A DNA stretch of 64,000 nt from Myxococcales bacterium (GTDB lineage: Bacteria; Myxococcota_A; Bradymonadia; UBA7976; UBA1532). This document shows, piece after piece, positions 44,486 through 55,671 of the stretch (its first letter is position 1; every line of letters starts with the position of its first letter). Where the stretch lies: the NCBI GenBank assembly GCA_009692505.1, contig SHZC01000002.1:1581-65580 (forward strand), in the 5' to 3' direction. The translations under genes and the position numbers were made by a program. Under the pieces are notes generated by a model. It was not told the DNA's origin and ran no database searches. It saw only the letters and a program-made list of their open reading frames with translations.

Positions 44486-46050
44486 TTCGGGCCCAGGCGC
44501 GTGAGGATATCGCTGGCGATCATCGCCGTCTCGCCGAGCTCAGCGGCGGCCCGATCTCCGGCGTGCGCGTGCCAGGCGACACCCGTCGTCGCGGCCTCGA
44601 ACGGCGGCAAACCTCGTGCGAGCAGCGCGCCGATCATGCCCGCGAGCACATCCCCCATGCCCGCGGTCCCCATGCCAGGGTTGCCCTCGGCGCATAAGGC
44701 CATCTGCCCGTCGGGATCGGCGATGAGCGAATAAGCGCCCTTCAGGACGACGACCGCGCCCAGATTATCGGCCAGGATCCGGGCGGCCTTGAAGCGATCA
44801 GCCTGGACCTCAGCGGTCGAGCACCCGAGCAGCCGCGCCGCCTCGCCCGGGTGGGGTGTCAAGACCTTGGGCGTCGACGACTCGAAGGCCGCAGGACGCC
44901 GCGCGAGCGCGTTGAGCGCCTCGGCGTCAATCACCATCGGGACCGAGATGCGGGGGACCGCGAGGCCTAAGATCTCGGAGAGCTCGCTGTCAGTCGGCAG
45001 CCCCGGCCCGAGCACGCAGGCCGAGCAGTGCTCGATACGCGCGACGAGCCGCTCGGCCGCCGACACGGCCGCCTCGCCCGGGTGAAGGACGCTCTCGCTC
45101 ATGACCTCATAGAGCAGCCCGGAGACGGAGGCGAAGGCCTCGCGGGTCGTCCCGAGGGTGACCAGGCCCGCCCCCGCACGCAGGGCGGCCTCGCACGCCA
45201 GCCGCGCCGCGCCGGTCTTGCCGGGTGAGCCGGCGAGCACATAGACGTGACCGAAGGTGCCTTTGTGCCCATCGCGGCTCCGTGGCGACAGCGCGCCCTG
45301 CCAGGCCTCCGGCGAGAGGAGGCGACGCCTCGGCGTGTCGTCGTCAAACGCGGCCATAGGCAGGCCAATGTCCGCGACGATGAGCTGCCCCCTTCGGGCG
45401 GCACCCGGATAGACCCAATGGCCAACCTTGCTCGCACCGAGCGCGACGGTGGACTGCGCCCAGACCGCGTCCCCGGGGACCGCCCCGGTGTTGCCGTCGA
45501 CGCCGCTCGGCAGGTCTACGCTGACGATCGGACAGCGATGACCGTTCATATAAGCGATCGCCTCGGCGATGGCCCCACGCGGCGCGCCGGACGAGCCGGT
45601 CCCGAGCAGCGCGTCGACGATCACGGCGTACGTCGACGGCGCGGGAAGATCGCTGAACCCCATCGGGTCATCGACGACTCGAACGATGATCGACATCGCT
45701 CGGCAAATGGAGAGCTGCAACGCGGCCTCAGGGCCGAGCGTCGTACTCTCGGCGCAGAGGATCACCTCCACGTCGAGACCCCAGTCCGACAGCAGCCGCG
45801 CGGCCACGAAGCCGTCTCCTCCGTTGTTTCCCCGCCCGCAGACCAGGCCGATCCGCGGCATCGGACTTCGCTGTGAGCCGACGACGCGAAGCACGCACTC
45901 GGCGACGGCGCGGCCGGCCGACTCCATCAAGGAAGCGGTCGGGATCCCCAAGACCGAGATCGCGTTTCGGTCGACCTGCCGCATCTCCTCGGCGGTCAAG
46001 ATCAGCCGGGCGCTCGGGCGTCCCGCGGGCAAGAGTTGAACTTGGCTCAT
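44482..46050 (-). CDS. nnr: Bifunctional NAD(P)H-hydrate repair enzyme (epimerase/dehydratase)
   Basis: ORF trimmed to ATG 46050 (ATGA overlap with acpS-like). The YjeF_N part has VCGRGNNGGDGF. The carbohydrate-kinase part has HKGTFGHVYVLAGS...GMGDVLAGMIGALLA. Confidence 0.9.
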   Translation of the reverse strand: MSQVQLLPAGRPSARLILTAEEMRQVDRNAISVLGIPTASLMESAGRAVAECVLRVVGSQRSPMPRIGLVCGRGNNGGDGFVAARLLSDWGLDVEVILCAESTTLGPEAALQLSICRAMSIIVRVVDDPMGFSDLPAPSTYAVIVDALLGTGSSGAPRGAIAEAIAYMNGHRCPIVSVDLPSGVDGNTGAVPGDAVWAQSTVALGASKVGHWVYPGAARRGQLIVADIGLPMAAFDDDTPRRRLLSPEAWQGALSPRSRDGHKGTFGHVYVLAGSPGKTGAARLACEAALRAGAGLVTLGTTREAFASVSGLLYEVMSESVLHPGEAAVSAAERLVARIEHCSACVLGPGLPTDSELSEILGLAVPRISVPMVIDAEALNALARRPAAFESSTPKVLTPHPGEAARLLGCSTAEVQADRFKAARILADNLGAVVVLKGAYSLIADPDGQMALCAEGNPGMGTAGMGDVLAGMIGALLARGLPPFEAATTGVAWHAHAGDRAAAELGETAMIASDILTRLGPK

Positions 46051-46412
46051 GTCTCTTCTCGCTCTCCGACGACCAGCGCGACCGCAAGGCCCGCATCGTG
46101 TGAAAGGCTGACGTGCAGGCATAGACACGCGGCCTGTCGCGCCACCTCGGCCCAGCCACGGAGCCGCAGCGAAGGCGATCCGCTCGCGCTTCGTTCAATC
46201 TCCAGATCCGTCAGGCGCGTCCGGGGCAGGAGGCGCCTCACGGCCAGCTTGGCGGCCAGACGAGCGGCGTAGTGCTGGGCGCGCCGCCGGCGGGACTCGC
46301 AGTACGCCCGCTCCCCCTGACCGAAGAAACGCATCGTGAAGCGGTCCCCGTAGATGGAGAGCAGCCGCTCGACGCGCTCCACCGGCACGACGATAAGCGA
46401 GACGCCGTTCAA
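46047..46412 (-). CDS. Holo-ACP synthase-like protein (4'-phosphopantetheinyl transferase fold, atypical active-site positions)
   Basis: Size and layout match AcpS (RLAAK.A..., HVSLSHDAGLAVALVV). The N-terminal GxD reads GVSLIVV, and KEA reads KLA. Confidence 0.65.
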   Translation of the reverse strand: MNGVSLIVVPVERVERLLSIYGDRFTMRFFGQGERAYCESRRRRAQHYAARLAAKLAVRRLLPRTRLTDLEIERSASGSPSLRLRGWAEVARQAACLCLHVSLSHDAGLAVALVVGEREET

Positions 46413-47149
46413 AGGGGTCGCTGGCGACCGCGCGCCATCGCCTGCAGAAAGTCCCCGACGGCGCGCTCGACCCCGACGAGCACCGAGCGGGCGACGAGGT
46501 CATGGCCGACGTGAAGCTCCGACGCGTGGGTCAAACGGGAGAGTTCCTCCGCGCTCCTGAGATCGAGCCCGCCGCTCAGAGCGACCCTCATGCCGAGACG
46601 CGCCGCCGTCGTCGCCGCGTCGACGAGCCGCACGAGCTCAACACGTCGCTCGGCGGGGGTGCGCGCCGCCGTATAGCCCACGGCGTCGAGCTCAATCACG
46701 TCGACGCTGACCCGGTGAGCCGCCTTGACCTGGTCGAGGTCCGGCAGGATGTGCACCGCCACCTCGATGTCCGCGTCCCGAAGCGTCTGAAAGTGCTTGC
46801 GCAGCGCGTCCTTCAGGAGGTTCACGTCGAGCCCAGAGGGCAAGGCTTGCCGACTTTGAGGTTCGGAGATGAGCGTGATGCGTTGGGGCCGCGTATCAAA
46901 AGCGATGGCCGCGAGATCCCCGCCGGGCACGAGTCTGAGATTCAAGCGCGTCCGGATGATCTCGCGCAGGAGCCTCACGTCGCGGTCCAGCAGCTCACGT
47001 CGCTCTTCGACGCGCGAGATGGACAAGCCGTGGACGCCGGCGAGCTCAGCCAGCATCGCCACCGCCGCGGGTTCGGGCTCAGCGGTTCCTCGCCGGCCGC
47101 GCAGCGAAACGACCGCATCCAGGTTCATGTGAAGTCGCAGATCCATCAT
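46409..47149 (-). CDS. PdxJ-like protein (pyridoxine 5'-phosphate synthase fold, atypical active-site positions)
   Basis: Collinear with E. coli PdxJ by eye (MNLDAVVSLRGRRGT..., DRDVRLLRE, RLNL, GLDV, ELHVGH). Most catalytic positions differ. Confidence 0.65.
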   Translation of the reverse strand: MMDLRLHMNLDAVVSLRGRRGTAEPEPAAVAMLAELAGVHGLSISRVEERRELLDRDVRLLREIIRTRLNLRLVPGGDLAAIAFDTRPQRITLISEPQSRQALPSGLDVNLLKDALRKHFQTLRDADIEVAVHILPDLDQVKAAHRVSVDVIELDAVGYTAARTPAERRVELVRLVDAATTAARLGMRVALSGGLDLRSAEELSRLTHASELHVGHDLVARSVLVGVERAVGDFLQAMARGRQRPL

Positions 47150-48507
47150 CCCACCGCCTTCGCCAGGGCCGCCGCGATCTCGTCGACATGGCCCCTGATC
47201 TCGATCTCGTCTTTGCCCTCGACCATGACCCGGGCCAAAAGCTCCGTGCCGGAGTATCGAACGAGCACGCGCCCGGAGTCGCCGAGGCGCCGCTCGACGT
47301 CCACCACGAGGCGCATCACCTCGGGCAAGGTGGACAAGTCGCGGCGCTCACGGACCGACACGCTCTTCAGCACTTGAGGGTATCGGGTCATGCAGGCCGC
47401 GAGCTCGCTGAGCGGCCGCTGCTCGCGCACCATCACCCCGAGGACCGAGAGTGAGGTGACGAGCCCGTCTCCGGTCGTGGCGTGGTCCATCATGACGACG
47501 TGCCCGGACTGCTCGCCGCCGAGCGCGAAGCCGCCACTTCGCAGTCGCTCGACCACGTACCGATCGCCCACTCCGACCCGCTCGAGGCGCACACCGACCT
47601 CGGCGAGGGCGCGCTCGAGCCCGACATTGCTCATGACCGTCGCGACGACCGTGTCCCCAGGCAAGTGCCCGTGTTGCTTCATCCGCCGACCGAGGAGCGC
47701 GAGGACCTGATCGCCGTCGACGATCTCCCCGTTCTCGTCGCAGAGGATGCAGCGATCGGCGTCGCCGTCGAGGGCGATGCCGAGGTGCGCGCCGGTCTGC
47801 CGCACGAGGCGGGCAATGTTCCCGGGGTGGAGGGCACCGCAGTCGCGGTTGATGTTCGTTCCGTCCGGCTCGCAGGCGACGGCGATGACGCTCGCGCCCA
47901 ACTCCTCGAGCACCTCGGGCGCGACCCGATAGGCCGCCCCATGCGCGCAGTCGACGACGATCTTGAGGCCTTCGAGCGTGAGGTCTTTGGGGAAGGCGGT
48001 CTTGCAATGTACGGCGTATCGCCCGGCCGCGTCCTCGATGCGAAACGCCTTGCCGATGCCCGTGCCCCGAGGCAACGCTCGCCCCGCCTCACCCGTCGAC
48101 TGCAGCGCGCTCTCGAGCTCCGCCTCGATCTCGTCGGCGAGCTTGTAGCCGTCACGGCCAAAAATCTTAATTCCGTTGTCCTGGAAGGGATTGTGGCTCG
48201 CCGAGATGACGACGCCCGCGTCACACCGCATACCGGTGGTCATAAACGCGATGCCCGGCGTCGGCAGGGGCCCGAGCAGGTAGACGTCCGCGCCCGCCGA
48301 ACAGAGGCCAGCCGTCAGGGCGCTCTCGATGAGGTAGCCGGACTGGCGGGTGTCCTTACCGACGAGCACCTTGGTCCGGTGGCCGGGCACCCCACGCAGC
48401 CGGAGTCCGAGCACTCGACCGAGGCCCATGGCCAGCTCGGCGGTCATCGGGTGGTGGTTCGCCTCACCCCGTATGCCGTCGGTTCCGAAGAGAGTTCGCT
48501 TGACCAT
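47146..48507 (-). CDS. glmM: Phosphoglucosamine mutase
   Basis: Motifs LFGTDGIRGEAN, SASHNPFQDNGIK, ALDGDADRC and GGEQSGH. Confidence 0.95.
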   Translation of the reverse strand: MVKRTLFGTDGIRGEANHHPMTAELAMGLGRVLGLRLRGVPGHRTKVLVGKDTRQSGYLIESALTAGLCSAGADVYLLGPLPTPGIAFMTTGMRCDAGVVISASHNPFQDNGIKIFGRDGYKLADEIEAELESALQSTGEAGRALPRGTGIGKAFRIEDAAGRYAVHCKTAFPKDLTLEGLKIVVDCAHGAAYRVAPEVLEELGASVIAVACEPDGTNINRDCGALHPGNIARLVRQTGAHLGIALDGDADRCILCDENGEIVDGDQVLALLGRRMKQHGHLPGDTVVATVMSNVGLERALAEVGVRLERVGVGDRYVVERLRSGGFALGGEQSGHVVMMDHATTGDGLVTSLSVLGVMVREQRPLSELAACMTRYPQVLKSVSVRERRDLSTLPEVMRLVVDVERRLGDSGRVLVRYSGTELLARVMVEGKDEIEIRGHVDEIAAALAKAVG

Positions 48508-48546
48508 CGATGCTCCGCGGCCGCTTGCAGTTCCCGTTGGGCCGGC

Positions 48547-49494
48547 TCAGGGGGTCGTCGCGGGTGCCGGCCCCTGGGACGACCGCAGCAAGGCGACCTT
48601 TCCCGGCTTGACCTCAACGACCGTCAATCCGGGGGGAGGGTCGACCGAAACGGCCCGCGTATACAAGACACGTCGACCGGCCTCGAGGCCTCGCGTATCG
48701 ACGAAGGGGTGAAGCGTCTCGGGGTCGAGGGCCTCGAGCAGGGTCGCGGGACCATGAAGGGTGACATCCACGGTCGGTGGGCTCACCTCGAAGGTCGGCC
48801 CCATCGCGCTCGTGCCCCGTGTCTGAACCGGACGGCCGCCCACCACTCGCGTGCCCCGGCCCTCCTCGATCACCAAGCTGACCTTGAACTTCTCGGGTCC
48901 GACGTATTGAACAAAGGCGGGAGGAAGTCGCAGCGGGATCAGAAGATCCGCCGAGCGACTGCGCCCGGCGAGCTCCACGCCCGCGGTCTCTACCTTCGTC
49001 AGCGTCTCGATGACCGACTCGGCCCCCGTGATCTGGACTTCGGGTGGCTCAACGGCGAGCTGGGTCACGCGGAAGCCGAGCGCGGGCTCACCCTCGGTCT
49101 TCACGACGACCGGCACCTTCTTCTCGATTCGCGCTTCGAAGCGCACGACCATGGCCGCGGGGCGCACGGACTTGACGGTCAGCCCATGCGGGAGTCGAAC
49201 CATCTCCGGCTCGAAGGTGATCTGATCCCCCTCGTTGCCTGAGAGGTTTAAGAGAATCGGCTGGAGTCGCTCAAGGTCGAGCTTGCGAAGCGCGCTGTAC
49301 TTGCCCTCGATGACCACCGAGACCTTGTCGACCGTCGGGCTGACGAGGATGCGCTCATCGGGCAGGCCGAGACGCACGCGGACGGTGGCCGTGGCTTGCG
49401 AGACCTTGTCTTCGTGGACGAACCACACAAGCGCGAAGGCCATCACGAGCGCGAAGCCCTTCTGGGGCAGGTTGTCGATCAGGAGTCCTCGCAT
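48547..49494 (-). CDS. cdaR: YbbR-domain regulator of diadenylate cyclase
   Basis: ORF trimmed to ATG 49494, a 1-nt overlap with the cdaA stop. N-terminal TM, then repeated YbbR-like beta modules. It sits in the classic position between cdaA and glmM. Confidence 0.8.
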   Translation of the reverse strand: MRGLLIDNLPQKGFALVMAFALVWFVHEDKVSQATATVRVRLGLPDERILVSPTVDKVSVVIEGKYSALRKLDLERLQPILLNLSGNEGDQITFEPEMVRLPHGLTVKSVRPAAMVVRFEARIEKKVPVVVKTEGEPALGFRVTQLAVEPPEVQITGAESVIETLTKVETAGVELAGRSRSADLLIPLRLPPAFVQYVGPEKFKVSLVIEEGRGTRVVGGRPVQTRGTSAMGPTFEVSPPTVDVTLHGPATLLEALDPETLHPFVDTRGLEAGRRVLYTRAVSVDPPPGLTVVEVKPGKVALLRSSQGPAPATTP

Positions 49495-50324
49495 CAGTTT
49501 GACGCCGGCGGTGGCGGGTCGGACGCCGGCGGAATCCGGGGAATCGCCAACGAGACCTTGCGTAGGAGGAGCTCGGAGAGCCGCGCCCGCAGCCACTCAT
49601 CCGTCGACGCCTCCTCGAGACGTCCGTCGACCGCGACCGAGACGATCCCGCGCTCCTCGCTCACGGCGACGACGACGGCGTCCGTCTCTTCCGAGATGCC
49701 CAAGGCCGCCCGGTGCCGCGTACCGAAGGCGCGGTCGAGGCGAGGGTTTCCGCTCATCGGCAAGAAAACGCCGCCGGCAGCGAGTCGCCCGCCTCGAATG
49801 ATGACGGCACCATCATGCAGCGGGTTTTGGCGGTCGGGCACGAAGATCGAATACACGAGCTCTTTGGTCACCCTCGCGTCGATCTTCACGGCGTCTTCCA
49901 TATAGGCGTCGAGGTTCGCGTCCCGCTCGATGATCATGAGCGCGCCGATCTTTTGGGCCGAGAGCTGAAACGAGACCTTGACGATCTCGTCCAAGACCTG
50001 CGCCTGCGCCGCGCTGCGGAAGTTGGACAAGAACTGCGCTCCACCGAAGGCGACGAGGGCGCGGCGGATGTCCGCCTGGAACACGACGACCACGATGAGG
50101 AAGAGGCTGCCGATGAACTTCTCAAGGATCCAGTTGAACGTCGCGAGGCCGAGCACCGACTCTTGGGAGACGAAGTAAAGGAGGATGAGCGCGAGCAGCC
50201 CGATGAGCATGGGCACGGCGCGCGTGCCCTTGATGAGCACGAAGACCCGGTAGATGAGGAAGAAAACGATGATCGCATCGACGATGGGCGCGACGTCCCG
50301 ATACATGCCGATCAGGTTGCTCAT
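49494..50324 (-). CDS. cdaA: Diadenylate cyclase
   Basis: Three N-terminal TM segments. DAC domain motifs HDGAVIIRG and GTRHRAALGISEETDAVVVAVSEERG. Confidence 0.9.
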   Translation of the reverse strand: MSNLIGMYRDVAPIVDAIIVFFLIYRVFVLIKGTRAVPMLIGLLALILLYFVSQESVLGLATFNWILEKFIGSLFLIVVVVFQADIRRALVAFGGAQFLSNFRSAAQAQVLDEIVKVSFQLSAQKIGALMIIERDANLDAYMEDAVKIDARVTKELVYSIFVPDRQNPLHDGAVIIRGGRLAAGGVFLPMSGNPRLDRAFGTRHRAALGISEETDAVVVAVSEERGIVSVAVDGRLEEASTDEWLRARLSELLLRKVSLAIPRIPPASDPPPPASN

Positions 50325-51187
50325 GGCCTCTGGCCCACTGGCCGGAGGACCGCGGCGGTCACGGCGGCGGCGTCGATTGCGGCCCCGACATCGTGCGTTC
50401 GGAGGACGTGAGCCCCTCGCGCCAATGCCAAGGCGTGCGCTGCGGTGGTCGCGTGCTCCCGACTGTCCGTGCCCCGCTCCGTCAGCGCCCCCAAGAAGGA
50501 CTTTCGGGATAGCCCGATGACGATGGGTCTTCGGAGGACGGCGAGCTCGTCGAGCCGGGCGAGGAGCTGGACGTTTTGGTCAACCGTCTTGCCGAAACCG
50601 ATGCCCGGATCGATGGCGATGGCCTCAGGCGAGACGCCCGCAGCGGCGGCACGGTCGAGCACCGAGGCAAGGTGTCGAAGGACCTCGACGACGATGTCGG
50701 GCGAGCTGAGATCCACGCTCTGCATCGTGCGCGGCTCTCCTCGCAGGTGCATGACGATGAGCCCGCAGCCAGCGTCCGCGACGACGCTCGCCATGTCCGG
50801 ATCCTGAAGCCCGCTGATGTCATTGACGAGCTGCGCGCCGGCCCGAAGAGCCGCTCGGGCGACCTCTGCTCTGCGGGTGTCGACGGAGAGGAGGACACTT
50901 GGAAATGAGGCCGACAGCGCGCGAATCACCGGCAGGACGCGATCGCGCTCGACAGCGGGCTCGACGGGCTCCGCGCCCGGCCGCGTGGACTCGCCCCCGA
51001 CGTCAATGAAGTCCGCGCCGGCATCGACGAGCGTCTGGGCCTGTCGCAGGGCGTCGTCCACTTCGAGGAACCGCCCGCCGTCCGAGAAAGAGTCGGGGGT
51101 AACATTCAGGATCCCCATGACACGACCGCGGCCCCCCCCGTCGAGGTTCAGCTCGAAGTGTCTGCAGACCCAGAGCACCGTGTTCAA
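50321..51187 (-). CDS. folP: Dihydropteroate synthase
   Basis: Motifs GILNVTPDSFSDGG, DVGGESTRPG and IDPGIGFGK. Confidence 0.95.
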   Translation of the reverse strand: MNTVLWVCRHFELNLDGGGRGRVMGILNVTPDSFSDGGRFLEVDDALRQAQTLVDAGADFIDVGGESTRPGAEPVEPAVERDRVLPVIRALSASFPSVLLSVDTRRAEVARAALRAGAQLVNDISGLQDPDMASVVADAGCGLIVMHLRGEPRTMQSVDLSSPDIVVEVLRHLASVLDRAAAAGVSPEAIAIDPGIGFGKTVDQNVQLLARLDELAVLRRPIVIGLSRKSFLGALTERGTDSREHATTAAHALALARGAHVLRTHDVGAAIDAAAVTAAVLRPVGQRP

Positions 51188-51256
51188 CTCCGTCCCCAGG
51201 AGGTCTCGCCTGATACGCCTCGAACGCGAGACGTCAAGCCCAGTCCGCGAGTGCCC

Positions 51257-53200
<1,944 letters not shown>

Positions 53201-53361
53201 TTTGCGTCCTTCTTTCAGGTGGCGATTCCGAAGCTCAAAACCCGCCGGACAAAAAGACAAGAGCCCGAGGAGGTCAGTGTACGGATGCGACTCGACGCTA
53301 CCACGTCGCCAGAAAGTGCGGCAAACCTCGCGAGTGTTCGCACGTCCGATAAAGGCAGGTC

Positions 53362-54723
53362 TTAGGCCCGCCCGAGGTAGCAGATCTGCAATGAGGGTCC
53401 GGAGAGTTGGGGCTCGGCGGTCGCGCGCAGCTTGAACGTCGGCCCGATGGCGAGCTGAGGCAGGGTAGCCCGCCGCCAAGGGGGGAGCTCAAGCGGGCCG
53501 ACAAGCGACTCCCACTGTCGCCGCTGCCGCGCGTCGATCGAGAGGTCTCCGGGCGTCTTGAGCACCCACGGCAGCGGGTGTTGGTCGAGCCTGAGGTCGA
53601 GCCTGCCGAGGGGTTCGTGAGCGAGCGGCGCGATTGGACCCACGGCGACGCGCTCGGTCCCGATGATGAAGGTGCCGGGCCCGTACACGACGACAGGGTC
53701 GCCGCGCGGGTCTTCGACAACGCCCTGCCCAGCCGGAGGCGCGTCCAAAAACATCGACGTCCGCCCGCGGAAGGCCATCGGCCCCCCACCTTGGCCGGCC
53801 ATTTGGCGATTCGGCGCGCCTTGGGCCAGGTCCATGAGCCGGGGCATGAGGGACCGACGCGAGAGCCGCTTCGCCCCGTCTGCGGCCGGCGTACCCGACT
53901 CGAGGGCGTCGAGTGCGAGCAGAAGCGCCCACCTCCAGACCGAGTCGGGCAGCCCCTCAAGCGGCGTCAGACAGAGGCGCACGCTGCCCTCCTCATGCCG
54001 ATGGAGGAGACCCGGCGCGACCCTGTTCAAGAGCGCGTCGAGCGCGTCGCAGGCGTCGACGGAATGGCCGACCGAGCGGGCGAAGTTGAGCGCCCAGGAC
54101 CGCCCGTACATCGTCGAGAGTCCGGGCGTGACGAGCTGCCTCAGGGCGTTGCGACGGTGGCGCGGATCAGCATTGCTCGGATCCTCACGGAAGGGCACGC
54201 CTCGATCGGAGGCGTAACGAGAGACCTCCGCCCGCGTGACGCCGAGCCAAGGGCGCACGAGGCCGGGTGCCCCGTCCAAGATGCCCCTCGCGCCGCGCAG
54301 GCCGGTGCCCTCATTGAGCCGAAGCAGGAGCGTCTCCGCCTGATCATCGGCGGTATGGGCCGTGAGAACGTCGGCTTGAAGCGAGCTCGCGAGCGTCCTG
54401 AGGCAGCGGTATCGCTCACGCCGCGCGCCGTCCTCGAGCCCCCGCCCATGGGCAATTCGTGCCGGATCCGCGCGCAGGAGGGTGACCGGCAGGCCCCATT
54501 CGCCCATCGTCGCGCAGACAAACTCGGCGTCGGAACCTGAGGTCGGCCGCAGCCCGTGGTCGACCGTCGCGACGTGCAGACCCCGCTGACCCAGCTCTCG
54601 GAGTGCGGCAACGAGCGCCATCGAGTCCCGGCCGCCGCTGCACGCGACCAGGTAGGGCCGGTCGACATCGAGCCGCTCCCGAAGCGCCGTGAGAACGAGC
54701 TCGGCGGTCTGGCTCATGCTCAA
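53362..54723 (-). CDS. tilS: tRNA(Ile)-lysidine synthetase
   Basis: PP-loop [13 protein letters not shown], then [16 protein letters not shown] 54723 abuts the upstream stop. ATG 54717 is an equally good start. Confidence 0.85.
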   Translation of the reverse strand: MSMSQTAELVLTALRERLDVDRPYLVACSGGRDSMALVAALRELGQRGLHVATVDHGLRPTSGSDAEFVCATMGEWGLPVTLLRADPARIAHGRGLEDGARRERYRCLRTLASSLQADVLTAHTADDQAETLLLRLNEGTGLRGARGILDGAPGLVRPWLGVTRAEVSRYASDRGVPFREDPSNADPRHRRNALRQLVTPGLSTMYGRSWALNFARSVGHSVDACDALDALLNRVAPGLLHRHEEGSVRLCLTPLEGLPDSVWRWALLLALDALESGTPAADGAKRLSRRSLMPRLMDLAQGAPNRQMAGQGGGPMAFRGRTSMFLDAPPAGQGVVEDPRGDPVVVYGPGTFIIGTERVAVGPIAPLAHEPLGRLDLRLDQHPLPWVLKTPGDLSIDARQRRQWESLVGPLELPPWRRATLPQLAIGPTFKLRATAEPQLSGPSLQICYLGRA

Positions 54724-55526
54724 GGCCCTCGGCCGGCCTCGGGTGGGCTCACGTTCGAGGCGAAGAACTCGCGCAGGCCCGGGGTCGGCACCACATAAGA
54801 GAGCCCCGGCTGAGCGTGTTCAACGTCCGCGACGATCCCGATCAAGTTGAAGTTGGGATCGACGAGCGGCGTCCCGGGCGGGAGGGCATCACCCGCGGCG
54901 AGCGTGAAATAAGACCGCACGCCGGGCCCTCGATCGCCGAGCACCACCGTCGGCGTCAGGCCGATGCCGGGCACGGCGGCCATCAGGGTTCGACCCCGCC
55001 GCTGAGGATCGGTCGACGCGCTCACGGTCCCACCCGCCGGGGGGAGTCGCAGGCGTCCACAGGGGAGGACGAGGGGCTCGCTCGTCTCCAGGATGGCCAG
55101 CCCGATCTCCGGGGACCGCACGATGACGGTTGCCCGGACGGTCGTGGGGACCGCACGGCCGTCGACGCCGCGCAGAATGAGCGCGTCCGGCTCACGACCC
55201 GCGGGCAACGGGAAGTCGCGTACGATCTCCGACGCGGTGACGAAGCGCCCGGGGGACAGGCAGAAGGCCACGCCTCGAAGCGGCAGCGGGCGTGGCCCGG
55301 AGTAATGCCGCGCGAGGGGAAGGTCACGAACGACCTCGACGACGAGCGCTGCGAGCTCAAGTTGAAAACGATCCCGCTCGGTCGCGGTGAGGAGTCGATC
55401 GAAGCCGAGGTGGTCCGGAGCGTGAGACTGTGCCGCCGCAGACGTCGCCAAGCCGAGGACGAAGAGCGCGGCCGCCACCCTGTGCAAGTTTATGCACTCG
55501 ATGAAGCGACGCGCGCCCAGCTTCAC
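54720..55526 (-). CDS. Secreted protein with distant trypsin-like (S1C) layout but no evident catalytic triad
   Basis: ORF 54720..55667 trimmed to GTG 55526 or a nearby TTG, giving the signal peptide ..HRVAAALFVLGLATSAAAQ. RFVTASEIV, EIGLAILE and AAGDALPPGTPLVDPNFNLIGIV sit where TNAHVV, DLAVLK and GNSGGPL would be. Confidence 0.45.
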   Translation of the reverse strand: MKLGARRFIECINLHRVAAALFVLGLATSAAAQSHAPDHLGFDRLLTATERDRFQLELAALVVEVVRDLPLARHYSGPRPLPLRGVAFCLSPGRFVTASEIVRDFPLPAGREPDALILRGVDGRAVPTTVRATVIVRSPEIGLAILETSEPLVLPCGRLRLPPAGGTVSASTDPQRRGRTLMAAVPGIGLTPTVVLGDRGPGVRSYFTLAAGDALPPGTPLVDPNFNLIGIVADVEHAQPGLSYVVPTPGLREFFASNVSPPEAGRGP

Positions 55527-55671
55527 TTGCGCCCACCTTGGCGAGAAAAAAAAGCGGTATCCACTTGGAACTTTCTCCGATAGCCCGCGTTCCAATGGAC
55601 ATGGGGCGGTGCCACCGTTATACCGCCAAGCGGACTTTTTTAGGACCACCCGCAAGGTGGAGGACAAAAAC

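Noticed and set aside
47482-49242. A 586-aa plus-strand ORF.
   Set aside because: It is antisense to glmM and cdaR.
49494-50324. The diadenylate cyclase as part of a CBASS-like or other cyclic-nucleotide defence system.
   Set aside because: It has the three-TM CdaA architecture and sits in the canonical cdaA-cdaR-glmM arrangement. No effector or CD-NTase-type genes are nearby.
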